Of a DNA stretch of 64,000 nt, positions 38,434-49,612 are shown one piece after another. Every line of letters starts with the position of its first letter. Position 1 is the first letter of the stretch. Location: the NCBI GenBank assembly GCA_964510945.1, contig CAZEED010000001.1:98774-162773 (forward strand), read 5' to 3'. This DNA is from an uncultured Candidatus Saccharibacteria bacterium (lineage in GTDB: Bacteria > Patescibacteriota > Saccharimonadia > Saccharimonadales > JAGQNJ01). The notes under the pieces were generated by a model. The model made no database searches. It was not told the origin of the DNA and saw nothing but the letters and a program-made list of their open reading frames with translations. Position numbers and translations under genes: made by a program.

Positions 38434-39057
38434 GTGGACTTTAAGAGTCTTATTACAACTAAAATTGGAACAACAAGCACCATCGCTGAAGATGGTAGTG
38501 TTGAAGCAATTACTCTATTGTCGGCCACACCTAATACAATTACTCAGATAAAGACTGATGAAACTGATGGATACACTGCTATCCAACTAGGTTTTGAAGA
38601 TAAGAATAAATCAAAACTAGGCAAAGCACTTCTAGGACACGTCAAAAAATCTAAAGTAATGCCAAGAATTATCAAAGAAGTGCGTATTAATGAATTAAAT
38701 GAAGAACATAGCGTCGGCCAACAATTTACAGCCGACGTTTTTAGTGTTGGCGACATTGTTGATGCATCCGGTGTAAGTAAAGGAAAAGGCTGGGCTGGAA
38801 CAATTAAACGACACAACTTCCATCGTGGACGTAAAACACATGGTGGACGTAGTTATCGACGACCGGGTTCAATTGGATCAATGTATCCCCAAAAGATTTT
38901 TAAAGGTAAGAAAATGGCCGGACAAATGGGCAACGAAAACGTAACTGTTAAGAATTTAAAAGTTACTATTGTTGACGTTGAAAAGAATATTATTGGGGTA
39001 AAAGGGGCTGTCCCTGGTCCAAAACGCGGTACTGTAGTGCTGAGGGGAGTGAAATAG
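38434..39057 (+). CDS. rplC: 50S ribosomal protein L3
   Basis: GTG start; [22 protein letters not shown]. Confidence 0.95.
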   Translation: MDFKSLITTKIGTTSTIAEDGSVEAITLLSATPNTITQIKTDETDGYTAIQLGFEDKNKSKLGKALLGHVKKSKVMPRIIKEVRINELNEEHSVGQQFTADVFSVGDIVDASGVSKGKGWAGTIKRHNFHRGRKTHGGRSYRRPGSIGSMYPQKIFKGKKMAGQMGNENVTVKNLKVTIVDVEKNIIGVKGAVPGPKRGTVVLRGVK

Positions 39058-39058
39058 A

Positions 39059-39694
39059 ATGCAAGCCTCAACTTTTACCAAGACTGGTTCAAAAGCTACC
39101 TCAGCTACATCTTTGAATAAAGATATTTTTGGTCTAGAAGTGAAATCTACAGATTTATTGAAAAAAGCATATCTAGCAAACCAAGCAAAAGGGCGACACA
39201 CACCTGCTGTAACTAAACTTCGCGGAGAGGTCCGTGGTGGTGGTCGTAAGCCGTGGAGACAAAAAGGCACTGGTAATGCACGTGTTGGCTCGATTCGTAG
39301 CCCAATCTGGCGTGGCGGAGGGATAACCTTTGGCCCAACAGGAAATGAGAATCACGAAATTAGAATGTCTAAAACTGAGAAACGCACTGCTACAAAACAG
39401 GCATTGAGTCTAAAAACTAAAGATATATGTGTAATTGACAGTTTTGATATTAAAGATAAACCAATGACTAACAAAGTCTCCAAAGTTTTAGACAAAATTG
39501 CACCGAATAAGAAATTTCTAGTTGTGATTGATAAATCAGATGATACAACAAGCCAAACTTTCCGAAATATAGAGAAGGTTAGACTAATCACCGCTAATTC
39601 ACTTTGTGTCGCAAATGTACTCGATGCAGACAAAATACTCGTTACTAAAGACGCGCTAGCATTAATCTCAGAGAACTTAGGAGCTAAAAAATGA
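39059..39694 (+). CDS. rplD: 50S ribosomal protein L4
   Basis: [30 protein letters not shown]. Confidence 0.96.
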   Translation: MQASTFTKTGSKATSATSLNKDIFGLEVKSTDLLKKAYLANQAKGRHTPAVTKLRGEVRGGGRKPWRQKGTGNARVGSIRSPIWRGGGITFGPTGNENHEIRMSKTEKRTATKQALSLKTKDICVIDSFDIKDKPMTNKVSKVLDKIAPNKKFLVVIDKSDDTTSQTFRNIEKVRLITANSLCVANVLDADKILVTKDALALISENLGAKK

Positions 39695-40191
39695 GCGCCA
39701 CAGCCGTAAAACCAACTACTCCTACCAAAAAATCAACTAAGCCAAGTACGGTTACTGGTATGTTGATGGCTTTAAAACCCAGAATTAGCGAAAAATCATA
39801 TACTTCAGCCGACATAGATAATGTTTACATATTTGAAGTACCAAAATCTGCTAACAAACATACAATTACCCGAGCTGTAGAATCTCAGTTTTCAGTAAAA
39901 GTATCTGATGTCAGAACAGTTAATGTTGTAGGCAAGCCAAAACGAGCGGTCAGAAAGCGACAAAGACCAGCCAGCGGTAAACGCAAAGACATCAAGAAAG
40001 CTTACGTTGGCCTTATTGTAGGTGATAGTATTAATATTTTCGGTAATGATGAGAAAAAGACAAAAACCGCAAAATCCGAAAAACCAGCTCAAGAAGCTAA
40101 AGCTACTGAGAAAGTTCAGAAAAAGTCTGGCTTAAGAGGCGCGTTCAATCGTGGTCCACGTCATACTCAAGATAAAGGCGGAGGTAAGTAA
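39691..40191 (+). CDS. rplW: 50S ribosomal protein L23 (N- and C-terminal extensions)
   Basis: Core [26 protein letters not shown]; 166 aa, against roughly 100 aa for most bacterial L23. Confidence 0.92.
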   Translation: MSATAVKPTTPTKKSTKPSTVTGMLMALKPRISEKSYTSADIDNVYIFEVPKSANKHTITRAVESQFSVKVSDVRTVNVVGKPKRAVRKRQRPASGKRKDIKKAYVGLIVGDSINIFGNDEKKTKTAKSEKPAQEAKATEKVQKKSGLRGAFNRGPRHTQDKGGGK

Positions 40192-41045
40192 TGGCTATTA
40201 AGTATTACAAACCAACTACTCCAGCGAGACGAGGTATGACTAACCGTGACTTTACGCAAGTTACCGCAAAAAAACCTCTTAAATCTTTAACGACAATCAA
40301 AACTAGGACAAATGGACGTAACAACAGCGGTCGAATTACCGTTAGACATCGTGGTGGTGGCGCAAAACGATTCTACAGAAATGTAAATTTCAAACTATCA
40401 CCAGGTACTTCCGCTACTGTAGAAGCTATAGAATATGATCCTAATAGAACAGCTCATATCGCCAGAATCAAAGATAATGAAGGCAAGTATCACTACATTA
40501 TCGCACCAACAGGCGTTAAAGTAGGAGCAAAGATTGAGTGCGGGGAAGAAGTCCCTATCGAAAAAGGAAATCGACTAATATTAAAGAACATTCCAATCGG
40601 TAGTAGTATTCACAGTATTGAACTCGTCCCAGGACAAGGTGCAAAGCTGGTTAGATCTGCTGGTGCATCAGCACAGTTGGCAGCTAGAGAAGGAGAATAC
40701 GCCCAGATCAAGTTACCTAGCGGCGAAGTACGGTTGGTAAACATTAAATGTAGCGCGAGTCTAGGTGGAGTAGGTAATATTTCACACCAGAACGTGAAAT
40801 ATGGGTCTGCCGGTAGAAAACGACACATGGGCTTTAGACCATCCGTAAGAGGTGTTGTAATGAATGCTGTAGATCACCCACATGGTGGTGGTGACGGCGG
40901 AAGACACGGTATTGGTGGCGGTAAAAACCACGGTTCTGCACCACGAACGCCTTGGGGCCAAAAAACACTTGGTTACAAGACTAGGCGACGAAAAATTAGT
41001 AATAAATTTATTGTCCGTTCACGACATGAAAGTAAGAGGAGATAG
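40191..41045 (+). CDS. rplB: 50S ribosomal protein L2
   Basis: [31 protein letters not shown]. Confidence 0.97.
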   Translation: MAIKYYKPTTPARRGMTNRDFTQVTAKKPLKSLTTIKTRTNGRNNSGRITVRHRGGGAKRFYRNVNFKLSPGTSATVEAIEYDPNRTAHIARIKDNEGKYHYIIAPTGVKVGAKIECGEEVPIEKGNRLILKNIPIGSSIHSIELVPGQGAKLVRSAGASAQLAAREGEYAQIKLPSGEVRLVNIKCSASLGGVGNISHQNVKYGSAGRKRHMGFRPSVRGVVMNAVDHPHGGGDGGRHGIGGGKNHGSAPRTPWGQKTLGYKTRRRKISNKFIVRSRHESKRR

Positions 41046-41047
41046 AT

Positions 41048-41323
41048 ATGAGTCGATCACTTAAAAAAGGACCATATATTGACTTTAAGCTTGCTAAGAA
41101 AGTGGAAGCTTTAGCTAAAGAAGACCGTACAATTATCAAAACTTGGGCAAGATCTTGTACTATTCCTCCAGAATTCGTTGGACGAACGATCGCTGTTCAT
41201 AACGGTAAGGTTCACGTTCCGGTTTTTGTATCAGAGAATATGGTTGGTCATAAACTCGGCGAATTTTCTCCTACACGAAAATTCCGATCACACGGCGGTA
41301 AACTAGCGAAAGGTCAGAAATGA
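41048..41323 (+). CDS. rpsS: 30S ribosomal protein S19
   Basis: [10 protein letters not shown]...[18 protein letters not shown]. Confidence 0.97.
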   Translation: MSRSLKKGPYIDFKLAKKVEALAKEDRTIIKTWARSCTIPPEFVGRTIAVHNGKVHVPVFVSENMVGHKLGEFSPTRKFRSHGGKLAKGQK

Positions 41324-41712
41324 GTGTAAAAGCTATTGCTAAAGGTGTACAGATAAGCCCACGAAAAGTTGAAGTGGTTGCTGATTTAGTACGCAATCAA
41401 TCTGTTAAGAACGCTCTTACTATTTTGGAGCATACACCTCGCCGTAGCGCAGTAGCAGTTCAAAGCGTTATTAAATCTGCAAAAGCCAACGCCGAGAATA
41501 ATCATAACTACAAGCCTGATACTTTAACAATCACCGAGATATTTGTTACATGCGGCCCAAGAATGAAACGTTTTAGACCAGCAGCACGTGGCCGAGCATT
41601 ACCTTTCCAGAAAAAGTCATCACATATTCGAGTAGTTGTTGATGGCGAAAAACGAGTAGTAAAGAAAAAAACTGAATCAGTATCAGCAAATGCTAAAAAG
41701 GAGTCAAAATAA
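41320..41712 (+). CDS. rplV: 50S ribosomal protein L22
   Basis: [15 protein letters not shown]...[21 protein letters not shown]. Confidence 0.95.
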   Translation: MSVKAIAKGVQISPRKVEVVADLVRNQSVKNALTILEHTPRRSAVAVQSVIKSAKANAENNHNYKPDTLTITEIFVTCGPRMKRFRPAARGRALPFQKKSSHIRVVVDGEKRVVKKKTESVSANAKKESK

Positions 41713-41819
41713 TGTTTTTCGTAAGGAAAAAGAGCAGCCAGATCCAGCGAATTTATTTCGCTGACCTGCGCGATGAGAAAAAACGTAGTTTTGTCTCATG
41801 GACCGGAGGGACGATATAA
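41712..41819 (+). CDS. Possible 35-aa basic peptide ORF between rplV and rpsC
   Basis: [35 protein letters not shown]; TAATG overlap with the rplV stop and TAATG overlap with the rpsC start. Confidence 0.3.
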   Translation: MFFVRKKSSQIQRIYFADLRDEKKRSFVSWTGGTI

Positions 41820-42448
41820 TGGGTCAAAAAGTAAATCCAATTAGCATGCGACTTCAAGCCAACAAAGATTGGCGTAGTAAATGGTTTGCTAACAAACGTG
41901 AATACCCAAAATATCTAAAACAAGATCTTGATGTCCGGCAATTGATCATAACTAAGCTTGGTACAAGGGCCTCAATCAACAAGGTTGATATTGAACGCTC
42001 GCCAAATCTTGTTACTGTGACTATTGTTACCGCAAAAGCCGGTGTAGTAATCGGACGAGGTGGTACAGGCGCAACAGAGCTAAAAACCGCAATTGAAAAA
42101 ATCTATGGCGTCCCAACCAGAGTAAATATCGAAGAAATTAAAAAACCAGAATTATACGCAAAATTAGTCGCCGAAAACATTGCCTTTCAATTACAACGAC
42201 GAATATCGTTTAGACGAGCAATTAAAATGGCAGCTCAAAATACAATGCGCTCTGGAGCTAAAGGTATCAGAATCCAGGTGTCAGGACGACTTAATGGTGC
42301 AGAGATGGCTAGACGAGAGAAAGAAATTCAAGGTAGCGTGCCTCTTCACACAATTAGAGCCGATATTGACTACGCCTACGTTCCTGCCCAAACACCAGCT
42401 GGAGTTATAGGGATTAAAGTATGGATTTATAAAGGAGAGGTAGCTTAG
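41819..42448 (+). CDS. rpsC: 30S ribosomal protein S3
   Basis: ORF 41798-42448; start ATG 41819 behind GGAGGG; [14 protein letters not shown] domain. Confidence 0.95.
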   Translation: MGQKVNPISMRLQANKDWRSKWFANKREYPKYLKQDLDVRQLIITKLGTRASINKVDIERSPNLVTVTIVTAKAGVVIGRGGTGATELKTAIEKIYGVPTRVNIEEIKKPELYAKLVAENIAFQLQRRISFRRAIKMAAQNTMRSGAKGIRIQVSGRLNGAEMARREKEIQGSVPLHTIRADIDYAYVPAQTPAGVIGIKVWIYKGEVA

Positions 42449-42450
42449 TC

Positions 42451-42870
42451 ATGTTAATGCCTAAACGGTCAAAGTTTAGAAAAGCCCGAAAAGGCCGTAT
42501 TACTGGTGTGGCAACCAGAGGTAACTCTATTGCTTTTGGTACATATGCACTGCAAGCCCAAGGCATTGATCGAATTACTTCTAGACAAATCGAAGCTGCC
42601 CGACAAGCTATGACAAGATATGTTAAGCGTGGTGGAAAGATTTGGATCAGAATTTTTCCTCACACTCCAGTTACACGAAAACCTCAAGACGTAAAAATGG
42701 GAAGTGGAAAAGGAAACCCAGAATTTTTCGTTGCAAAAGTTCGACCAGGGACAATTTTGTTTGAGATGCAAGGCGTAGAAGAAGAAATCGCGCGAGAAGC
42801 GATGAGACTTGCTAGTCATAAACTACCGGTCAAGACCAAGTTTTTGGTTAGAGAGGATGGATCACAATGA
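42451..42870 (+). CDS. rplP: 50S ribosomal protein L16
   Basis: [16 protein letters not shown]... Confidence 0.96.
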   Translation: MLMPKRSKFRKARKGRITGVATRGNSIAFGTYALQAQGIDRITSRQIEAARQAMTRYVKRGGKIWIRIFPHTPVTRKPQDVKMGSGKGNPEFFVAKVRPGTILFEMQGVEEEIAREAMRLASHKLPVKTKFLVREDGSQ

Positions 42871-43067
42871 AATTAGCAGAAATCCGAAAACTACCTACAA
42901 AGAGTCTGACAGAGCAATCCACGAAAATTAGAGAAGAGATTGCTGATATGAGACGTCAATATGCACTAGGAGAAATCCAGAACACTAGAGGAATACGAAA
43001 TAAACGAAAAGAATTAGCTAGAATACTGACCGTGTTAGGCGAAGAGCTAGTGAAGGAGACGAAATAA
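42867..43067 (+). CDS. rpmC: 50S ribosomal protein L29
   Basis: 66 aa, position and helical L29 pattern (EIRKL...[22 protein letters not shown]). Confidence 0.9.
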   Translation: MKLAEIRKLPTKSLTEQSTKIREEIADMRRQYALGEIQNTRGIRNKRKELARILTVLGEELVKETK

Positions 43068-43345
43068 TGGCAAAACAATTTACCGGTATCGTAACAAGTG
43101 ATAAAGCCGACAAAACTATAGTCGTGACTATTTCTGTTAAGAAAACTCATCCAATTTATCGAAAGCAATTTACAGAGACTAATAAAATAATGGCGCATGA
43201 TGAAAAAAACGAAGCAAAAATTGGAGACAAAGTAATTATTTCAGAAACTAGGCCAATTAGTTCACGCAAGTCATTTAAGCTAGATAAAATCGTTGAGCGT
43301 CCGGTTCTTCAATTGACTAGCGATGACAAAGGGGACGAAAAGTGA
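43067..43345 (+). CDS. rpsQ: 30S ribosomal protein S17
   Basis: [14 protein letters not shown]...[25 protein letters not shown]. Confidence 0.94.
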   Translation: MAKQFTGIVTSDKADKTIVVTISVKKTHPIYRKQFTETNKIMAHDEKNEAKIGDKVIISETRPISSRKSFKLDKIVERPVLQLTSDDKGDEK

Positions 43346-43710
43346 TACAACAAGAATCTAGACTAGTTGTGTGTGACAACAGCGGTGCAAAAGAGATTCT
43401 CTGCATACGTGTTCTTGGTGGTAGCCGTAAAAGATACGCACGGGTAGGTGACGTTATCGTTGCGACAGTAAAAGACGCTAGTCCATCTGGAAACGTGAAG
43501 AAAAAGTCCGTTGTTAGGGCTGTTGTGGTACGCACGAAATACGTAATCAACCGTAGAGACGGATCGTCAATCAAATTTGACGATAATGCCGCGATCATAA
43601 TTGGAGACGACAAACTACCTAAAGCCACTAGAATATTTGGTCCCGTACCAAGAGAACTTCGTGAAATGGGCTACAGTAAAATTGTTTCTCTCGCACCGGA
43701 GGTACTGTAA
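43342..43710 (+). CDS. rplN: 50S ribosomal protein L14
   Basis: [27 protein letters not shown]. Confidence 0.97.
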   Translation: MIQQESRLVVCDNSGAKEILCIRVLGGSRKRYARVGDVIVATVKDASPSGNVKKKSVVRAVVVRTKYVINRRDGSSIKFDDNAAIIIGDDKLPKATRIFGPVPRELREMGYSKIVSLAPEVL

Positions 43711-43982
43711 TGAATGAACAAGTATACAAGATCAAATTGAAGCTTAACGATACTGTGGAAGTTATTTCTGGCAAATACAAAGGCAAAAAAGGCAAAGTTG
43801 TCAAAACTCATCCAAAACTTAACAAAGTTACAGTTGAAGGTATCAATATTGTTAAAAAACATCAAAAAAAGCCAAACAAAAAATACCCACAAGGTGGAAT
43901 TATCGAATTAACTCAACCGATATGGGTATCCAAAGTCAAATTGTCTACCAAAGCTACAGGAAGCAAAGGAGTTAAGAAATGA
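43710..43982 (+). CDS. rplX: 50S ribosomal protein L24
   Basis: KOW motif [13 protein letters not shown]. Confidence 0.93.
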   Translation: MNEQVYKIKLKLNDTVEVISGKYKGKKGKVVKTHPKLNKVTVEGINIVKKHQKKPNKKYPQGGIIELTQPIWVSKVKLSTKATGSKGVKK

Positions 43983-44578
43983 CCGACGTAAGGACAAACT
44001 CCAAAATGCCTGTACGACTTAAAGCTCAGTATCAAACTGAGATTAGAAAACAGTTAATGGACGAACTAAAGCTGAGCAATATAAACGAAGTTCCTAAGCT
44101 AGAAAAAATTGTGTTAAATATTGGCCTTGGTAAAGCTAAGGATGATAAAAAAGCTATGGAAGTTGCGACTACTACACTAAAGAAAATTACTGGTCAAACA
44201 CCAGTTCAGACTTTAGCTAAAATCTCTGTTGCCGGCTTTAAGCTCCGAGAAGGTAACAAAATTGGCCTCAAAGTAACGCTTAGAGGTGACAAGATGTACG
44301 AATTTTTAGATCGATTAATCAACATAGTACTACCACGACTTCGAGATTTTCATGGTTTAAGCCTGAAATCTTTTGATAAACAGGGAAATTACAGTATCGG
44401 AATAGTTGATCAAACTGTTTTTCCTGAAATTACCTTCGAAGATAGTCCAATGACTCATGGTCTTCAAGCAGTTATAGTTACTAATTCTTTAGAAAAAGAA
44501 CATTGCAAGGCGCTACTAGAGAAATTTGGTCTGCCGTTTGAAAAAGAGTCAGATAATGATAAAGGAAAGGAGAACTAG
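43979..44578 (+). CDS. rplE: 50S ribosomal protein L5
   Basis: Position; [38 protein letters not shown]. Confidence 0.95.
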   Translation: MTDVRTNSKMPVRLKAQYQTEIRKQLMDELKLSNINEVPKLEKIVLNIGLGKAKDDKKAMEVATTTLKKITGQTPVQTLAKISVAGFKLREGNKIGLKVTLRGDKMYEFLDRLINIVLPRLRDFHGLSLKSFDKQGNYSIGIVDQTVFPEITFEDSPMTHGLQAVIVTNSLEKEHCKALLEKFGLPFEKESDNDKGKEN

Positions 44579-44580
44579 CA

Positions 44581-44850
44581 ATGGCAAAAAAATCAATGAT
44601 TGCAAGAGATTTAAAGCGTCAAAAGATGATAATGAAATATGCTGCAAAACGAGCTGAGTTGAAATCTGTTGGAGATCAAGAAGGACTTGCTAGATTACCG
44701 AAAAATTCATCTCCTTCGCGATGGAATAACCGTTGTCTTGAGACTGGTCGATCTCGAGGTTATATGAGAACTTTTGGACTTTCAAGAATATCGTTCAGAG
44801 AACATGCAAACAAAGGGGAGATACCTGGTGTCACAAAATCAAGTTGGTAA
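44581..44850 (+). CDS. rpsN: 30S ribosomal protein S14 (long, non-zinc form)
   Basis: [25 protein letters not shown]...PGVTKSSW. Confidence 0.94.
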   Translation: MAKKSMIARDLKRQKMIMKYAAKRAELKSVGDQEGLARLPKNSSPSRWNNRCLETGRSRGYMRTFGLSRISFREHANKGEIPGVTKSSW

Positions 44851-44854
44851 TAAT

Positions 44855-45265
44855 ATGAAAATCGTAGGCAGTACTTCAACTGATCCAATCGCTGATATGC
44901 TCAGTCGTATCAGGAACGCTATTTTAGTCCATAAAACAGAGATTATGGTTCCTCATTCAAAGTTGAAAAAGGCTGTCCTTCAAGTTCTTGTAGATAATAA
45001 TTTTATCTCAAAGTACGAAGAAATCTCGCTTGGAGTAGGTAAAGTTTTGAAAGTTACTATCAATACCCCAAGTGAAAATGCAAGAATTACGCACATCTCG
45101 AGGATTAGTAAGCCTGGACGCCGAATGTATGTAAAATCAAAGGACATTCCTAAAGTAAAACATGGTAGAGGAATTGTGATAGTCTCAACATCGAAAGGGC
45201 TGGTCACGGATAAGCAAGCTAGAGCTCAGGCTTTAGGCGGAGAGTTGATCTGTAAGGTATATTAA
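44855..45265 (+). CDS. rpsH: 30S ribosomal protein S8
   Basis: ORF 44774-45265; start at ATG 44855 after the rpsN stop; DPIADMLSRIRNA. Confidence 0.94.
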   Translation: MKIVGSTSTDPIADMLSRIRNAILVHKTEIMVPHSKLKKAVLQVLVDNNFISKYEEISLGVGKVLKVTINTPSENARITHISRISKPGRRMYVKSKDIPKVKHGRGIVIVSTSKGLVTDKQARAQALGGELICKVY

Positions 45266-45267
45266 TT

Positions 45268-45804
45268 ATGAGTAGAATAGGCAAATTACCAATAAATGTA
45301 CCTAGTAATGTGACAGTGTCTGTTGATAATGGCATTATTAAGGTTAATGGTCCAAAAGGTGAATTAACAGAAAACGTTCTTGTTGGAGTTAAAATCGAAC
45401 AAAAAGATAACCTTATAACAATTACAAGAAATTCTGACAGTAAAATTGACAAATCCAACCACGGCCTAATGCGAAGCTTAATCAATAATATGGTCATTGG
45501 TGTAACTGAAGGATTCAAAAAAGAACTAGAAGTTACGGGAGTAGGTTTTAGAGTAGCCGTATCTGGCAATGTACTAAAACTAAAAGTCGGATTTTCTCAT
45601 GAAATTGAATATAAATTCCCTGAAGGCATCAATGTATCAGTTGAGCAGAACAAAATAACAGTTGAAGGCATTAGCAAGCAACAAGTTGGTCAAACGGCCG
45701 CAGAAATCCGATCTTTTAAGAAACCTGAGCCATATAAAGGTAAAGGTATCAGCTACGTAGGCGAAAGAATTCTACGAAAAAGCGGTAAGTCAGGTAAAGA
45801 ATAG
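45268..45804 (+). CDS. rplF: 50S ribosomal protein L6
   Basis: [15 protein letters not shown]...; two L6 repeats. Confidence 0.95.
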   Translation: MSRIGKLPINVPSNVTVSVDNGIIKVNGPKGELTENVLVGVKIEQKDNLITITRNSDSKIDKSNHGLMRSLINNMVIGVTEGFKKELEVTGVGFRVAVSGNVLKLKVGFSHEIEYKFPEGINVSVEQNKITVEGISKQQVGQTAAEIRSFKKPEPYKGKGISYVGERILRKSGKSGKE

Positions 45805-45812
45805 GTAAGATT

Positions 45813-46163
45813 ATGAATAGATTATTTAAAAAACAAACTAATTTGTTTAGACGAAAAGCTCGAATTCGAAAGAAGATTTCTGGAACGACAGAAAGACCTC
45901 GAATGAGCGTTCATATTAGTAACAAGAATATTACGATTCAATTGATTGACGATAGCAAACATACTACTTTAGTGGAATTGAACACATACAAAGAAAAGAA
46001 CAAGAGCCTAACAGACAAAGCAGTGTTAGCCGGCACTGAAATTGCTAAAAAAGCTAAAGCAAAAAAGATTAAGACTGTAGTGTTTGACCGTAACGGTAAG
46101 TTATATCATGGACGTATTAAAGCTCTTGCGGATGCAGCAAGAAAAGAAGGATTGGAGTTCTAG
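45813..46163 (+). CDS. rplR: 50S ribosomal protein L18
   Basis: [33 protein letters not shown]. Confidence 0.94.
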   Translation: MNRLFKKQTNLFRRKARIRKKISGTTERPRMSVHISNKNITIQLIDDSKHTTLVELNTYKEKNKSLTDKAVLAGTEIAKKAKAKKIKTVVFDRNGKLYHGRIKALADAARKEGLEF

Positions 46164-46727
46164 ATGTACCAGAAACAGACAGATAGAAAAAATGTTTTTG
46201 AAGAAAAACAATTTGACGAACGAATGGTGCACATAGATAGAGTTGCTAGAGTTGTAAAAGGTGGACGTCGATTCAGATTTCGTGCTCTAGTCATTGTAGG
46301 CGATCACAAAGGGAAAATCGGTGTAGGGACTTCTAAAGGCGCAGACGTTACAACAGCAGTAACCAAAGCAACTGACGTTGCTAAAAAGAATATGGTTCAG
46401 ATAAGCCTATATAACGATACAATCCCTCATGAATCACAAGCAAAAGTTAGTGGTGCAAAAATCCTAGTAAAGCCGGCAAGCCCAGGTACAGGTCTAATAG
46501 CTGGTGGAGTTGTGCGAGTCGTTCTAGAAGTAGCTGGTATTAAAAATGCTCTATCTAAGTCACTAGGTTCAAGTAATAAGATTAATATTGCTTATGCGAC
46601 AGTTGAAGCACTTAAAGCAATCGAGCCTATGAAAAATTGGGTAACGACATCCGATAAGCCTAAATCCGTAAAAAAGACCACAAAATTATCAGAAAAAGCT
46701 AAAGCATTAGATGAGGCCAAAGTATGA
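46164..46727 (+). CDS. rpsE: 30S ribosomal protein S5 (C-terminal extension)
   Basis: RVARVVKGGRRFRFRALVIVGDHKGKIGVGTSKG. Confidence 0.95.
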   Translation: MYQKQTDRKNVFEEKQFDERMVHIDRVARVVKGGRRFRFRALVIVGDHKGKIGVGTSKGADVTTAVTKATDVAKKNMVQISLYNDTIPHESQAKVSGAKILVKPASPGTGLIAGGVVRVVLEVAGIKNALSKSLGSSNKINIAYATVEALKAIEPMKNWVTTSDKPKSVKKTTKLSEKAKALDEAKV

Positions 46728-47185
46728 AATATAACGAGTTAGAGCTAAAAAGCTATAAAAAAACCCGCCGAAAGGGTCGGGGTATTGGTTCTGGCGCCGG
46801 TAAAACGGCTGGTCGTGGAACAAAAGGTCAAAACTCTAGAACTGGTGGTGGCGTAAGGATAGGATTCGAAGGTGGCCAAACTACGTTAATGCAAAAAATG
46901 CCGAAAAAACGTGGTTTTACATCTCATCGTACAAAACCAATCGCTATTACACTGGACAAATTGAGCCTAATAAAAGGAAAAATAACTAACCAAGCAGTTT
47001 TTGAGACAAGATTAGTAGACGATGTTTACCTTCCTATAAAAGTTTTATCCGCTAAAAAAGATATTCCAAAGATGTCAATTGAACTTCAAGCTATATCAAG
47101 CGGGGCCTTAAAACAATTAGAAAAAGCCGGTGGCAGTTTTAAGAAAATCGATAATCCAAAACGTAGTAAAAAAGAAAAAGTTTAA
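46724..47185 (+). CDS. rplO: 50S ribosomal protein L15
   Basis: RKGRGIGSGAGKTAGRGTKGQNSR; overlaps rpsE directly, leaving no room for rpmD. Confidence 0.94.
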   Translation: MKYNELELKSYKKTRRKGRGIGSGAGKTAGRGTKGQNSRTGGGVRIGFEGGQTTLMQKMPKKRGFTSHRTKPIAITLDKLSLIKGKITNQAVFETRLVDDVYLPIKVLSAKKDIPKMSIELQAISSGALKQLEKAGGSFKKIDNPKRSKKEKV

Positions 47186-47233
47186 AGCTACGAAATACAG
47201 TATTATATATAGTAATAACTAATTGAGGGTTTT

Positions 47234-48727
47234 ATGAGCTGGAAAACAATATGGCTGTCTTTTAAGAACAAGGATATGCGAAAACGGATTTTTGCCGTTC
47301 TCGGAATGCTATTTATTTTTAGAATACTCGCACATATTCCCATACCATTAGCCGACGGGGCCACTTTAAAGCAAATATTAGAGACTCTATTTGCTTCCAA
47401 AGATACTCCTCAACTACTTAGCTTTATAGATGTTTTATCTGGTGGAGCTTTAGCAAAATTCTCCATTATGCTAGTTGGTCTTGGGCCTTACATTAACGCA
47501 TCAATCATTATGCAGTTATTAACTAAGGCAATACCAAAGCTTGAAACTTTAAATAAAGAAGGCGAGTACGGGCGAAAAAAGATTAATCAATATACTAGAA
47601 TGTTAGCTCTGCCGCTTGCAGTCATTCAATCAATTGGAACAATATTCTTGGTAAGACAGACCGCTAGTCAGATCGGTGGTCTTGGCGACATCACTGCCAA
47701 CACTTCGATTGCTCAGTGGGCCTTGATGGTTACTGCGTTAACTGGTGGCTCTATGCTACTAATGTGGTTAGGCGAATTAATTACAGAAGAAGGTATCGGA
47801 AATGGTATCTCACTAGTGATTACCGTTGGTATTGTTAGCCGATTACCTAGCACTATATCATCCATTGCAAATGCAATATTTAAAGAAGGCGCCAAGACAA
47901 ATGTACTTGGTTTTACCTTACCGATTGATACCGATGCGTTACTATACGCCTTACTTATTGCTGGAACCGTAATTTTAGTTACAGTACTAGTAGTCAAGCT
48001 CAACGAAGCTTCCAGGAACCTTACTATTCATTATGCTAAACGAGTACAGGGAAATAGGGCCTATGGAGGCGTCCAGACCACTTTGCCAATAAAACTCATT
48101 ACAGCTGGAGTCATACCTATTATATTCGCTGTAGCGTTCTTAAGTGTCCCTAGCTTCGCAGGACAATTGATGAGTTCATCGAGCAATCCAAATATCCAAT
48201 CTTTAGGGCTTAATTTGACTCAATGGTTCCAACAACCAACCCCTCAGTCCTTCGCCGCAGGTGGCCTGCAACCATACATATATCCAATTGTATATTTTAC
48301 CTTAGTGTTTGCATTTACGTTTTTCTATACAAATATCACCTTCAACTCTCAAGAAATAGCCGAGAACCTTCAAAAACAAGGTGGATTCTTCTCAGGAGTT
48401 AGATCAGGTAAGCAAACTGAAAAATACCTATCAAAAATGGTCAACAAATTAACCTTATTCGGCGCCTTAAGCCTTGGAGCGTTGGCCGTTTTCCCGATAA
48501 TACTACAAGCCTTTATAAATACGAGTATCGCATTGCAAGGGACAAGTATTCTGATTTTAGTGGCTGTGGCACTTGAGACACTTCGACAGATTGAATCTCG
48601 AGCATTAATGGTAACTTACGACCAATATGATCAACCTGATTTCTTTTACGATACTTCTGATCCTGCAAGTGCCGCAACAGGGGGGAGAAGATTGCGATTT
48701 CGTGGACGAAAAAAATCAAAAAAATAA
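47234..48727 (+). CDS. secY: Preprotein translocase subunit SecY (basic C-terminal extension)
   Basis: 497 aa, 10 hydrophobic segments, position after rplO; LGPYINASIIMQLL, GISLVITVGIV. Confidence 0.95.
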   Translation: MSWKTIWLSFKNKDMRKRIFAVLGMLFIFRILAHIPIPLADGATLKQILETLFASKDTPQLLSFIDVLSGGALAKFSIMLVGLGPYINASIIMQLLTKAIPKLETLNKEGEYGRKKINQYTRMLALPLAVIQSIGTIFLVRQTASQIGGLGDITANTSIAQWALMVTALTGGSMLLMWLGELITEEGIGNGISLVITVGIVSRLPSTISSIANAIFKEGAKTNVLGFTLPIDTDALLYALLIAGTVILVTVLVVKLNEASRNLTIHYAKRVQGNRAYGGVQTTLPIKLITAGVIPIIFAVAFLSVPSFAGQLMSSSSNPNIQSLGLNLTQWFQQPTPQSFAAGGLQPYIYPIVYFTLVFAFTFFYTNITFNSQEIAENLQKQGGFFSGVRSGKQTEKYLSKMVNKLTLFGALSLGALAVFPIILQAFINTSIALQGTSILILVAVALETLRQIESRALMVTYDQYDQPDFFYDTSDPASAATGGRRLRFRGRKKSKK

Positions 48728-48777
48728 CCCTTTACAAACAGATAAGAAGTAGGCTATAATTACCTCTTGTTATATTT

Positions 48778-48999
48778 ATGACTAAACAAAAGGAAGTTAT
48801 TGAACTAGAAGGTAAAATAGTAGAGACGCTTCCTGGCGCTCAGTTCAAGGTAGAACTAGAGAATGGTCATCAAATTATAGCTCACGTCGCCGGTAAAATG
48901 AGGAAATATTTTATCCGCATTGTGCCAGGTGACAGCGTGACGGTCGAGTTGACCCCTTACGACCTAACTAAGGGAAGAATCACCTATCGCAAAACGTAA
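48778..48999 (+). CDS. infA: Translation initiation factor IF-1
   Basis: 73 aa; [33 protein letters not shown]. Confidence 0.96.
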   Translation: MTKQKEVIELEGKIVETLPGAQFKVELENGHQIIAHVAGKMRKYFIRIVPGDSVTVELTPYDLTKGRITYRKT

Positions 49000-49099
49000 T
49001 ATTAAAGCAGTGTGTCCTTCGTAGCTTTAGCGAAGTAGGATCCGCATCGATCGTTTATAGCTAAACGATAACCCAATTAAGAGAGGAAAATCTAACGGG

Positions 49100-49216
49100 A
49101 TGAAAGTGCGTGCAAGTGTTAAAAAGATAAGTCCAGACGATAAGATAGTTCGTCGTAAAGGCCGTGTCTATATTATAAATAAACTAAAGCCTAAACATAA
49201 ACAGAGGCAAGGTTAA
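49100..49216 (+). CDS. rpmJ: 50S ribosomal protein L36 (Cys-less form)
   Basis: Not in the ORF track (38 aa); hand translation [38 protein letters not shown]. Confidence 0.9.
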   Translation: MKVRASVKKISPDDKIVRRKGRVYIINKLKPKHKQRQG

Positions 49217-49218
49217 AT

Positions 49219-49605
49219 ATGGCTCGAATATCTGGAGTTACGATTCCTACTGATAAGCAAATAGAAATTGCGTTAACTTACGTATACGGAATCGGCAGAA
49301 AGTCTAGCCACGATATTTTAGTTAAAGCAAAGATTGATCCAACGATCAGAGTCAAAGATTTAACAGATAGTGAAATATCTAAAATTCAAGACATTATTAA
49401 TGAGCAATACTCAGTTGAAGGTGATTTACAACGAGTTGTTACAACAAATATTAAACGGCTTAAAGATATTGGATCCTACAGAGGTCTAAGGCATCAACGA
49501 AGCCTGCCTAGTAGAGGTCAACGAACAAGAACAAACGCCAGGACTCGTAGAGGTAAAAAAGTAACTGTAGGCGGTACTAAAGTTAAGGCAGCGACAAAAA
49601 CATAG
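49219..49605 (+). CDS. rpsM: 30S ribosomal protein S13
   Basis: [26 protein letters not shown]. Confidence 0.96.
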   Translation: MARISGVTIPTDKQIEIALTYVYGIGRKSSHDILVKAKIDPTIRVKDLTDSEISKIQDIINEQYSVEGDLQRVVTTNIKRLKDIGSYRGLRHQRSLPSRGQRTRTNARTRRGKKVTVGGTKVKAATKT

Positions 49606-49612
49606 GTAATTT

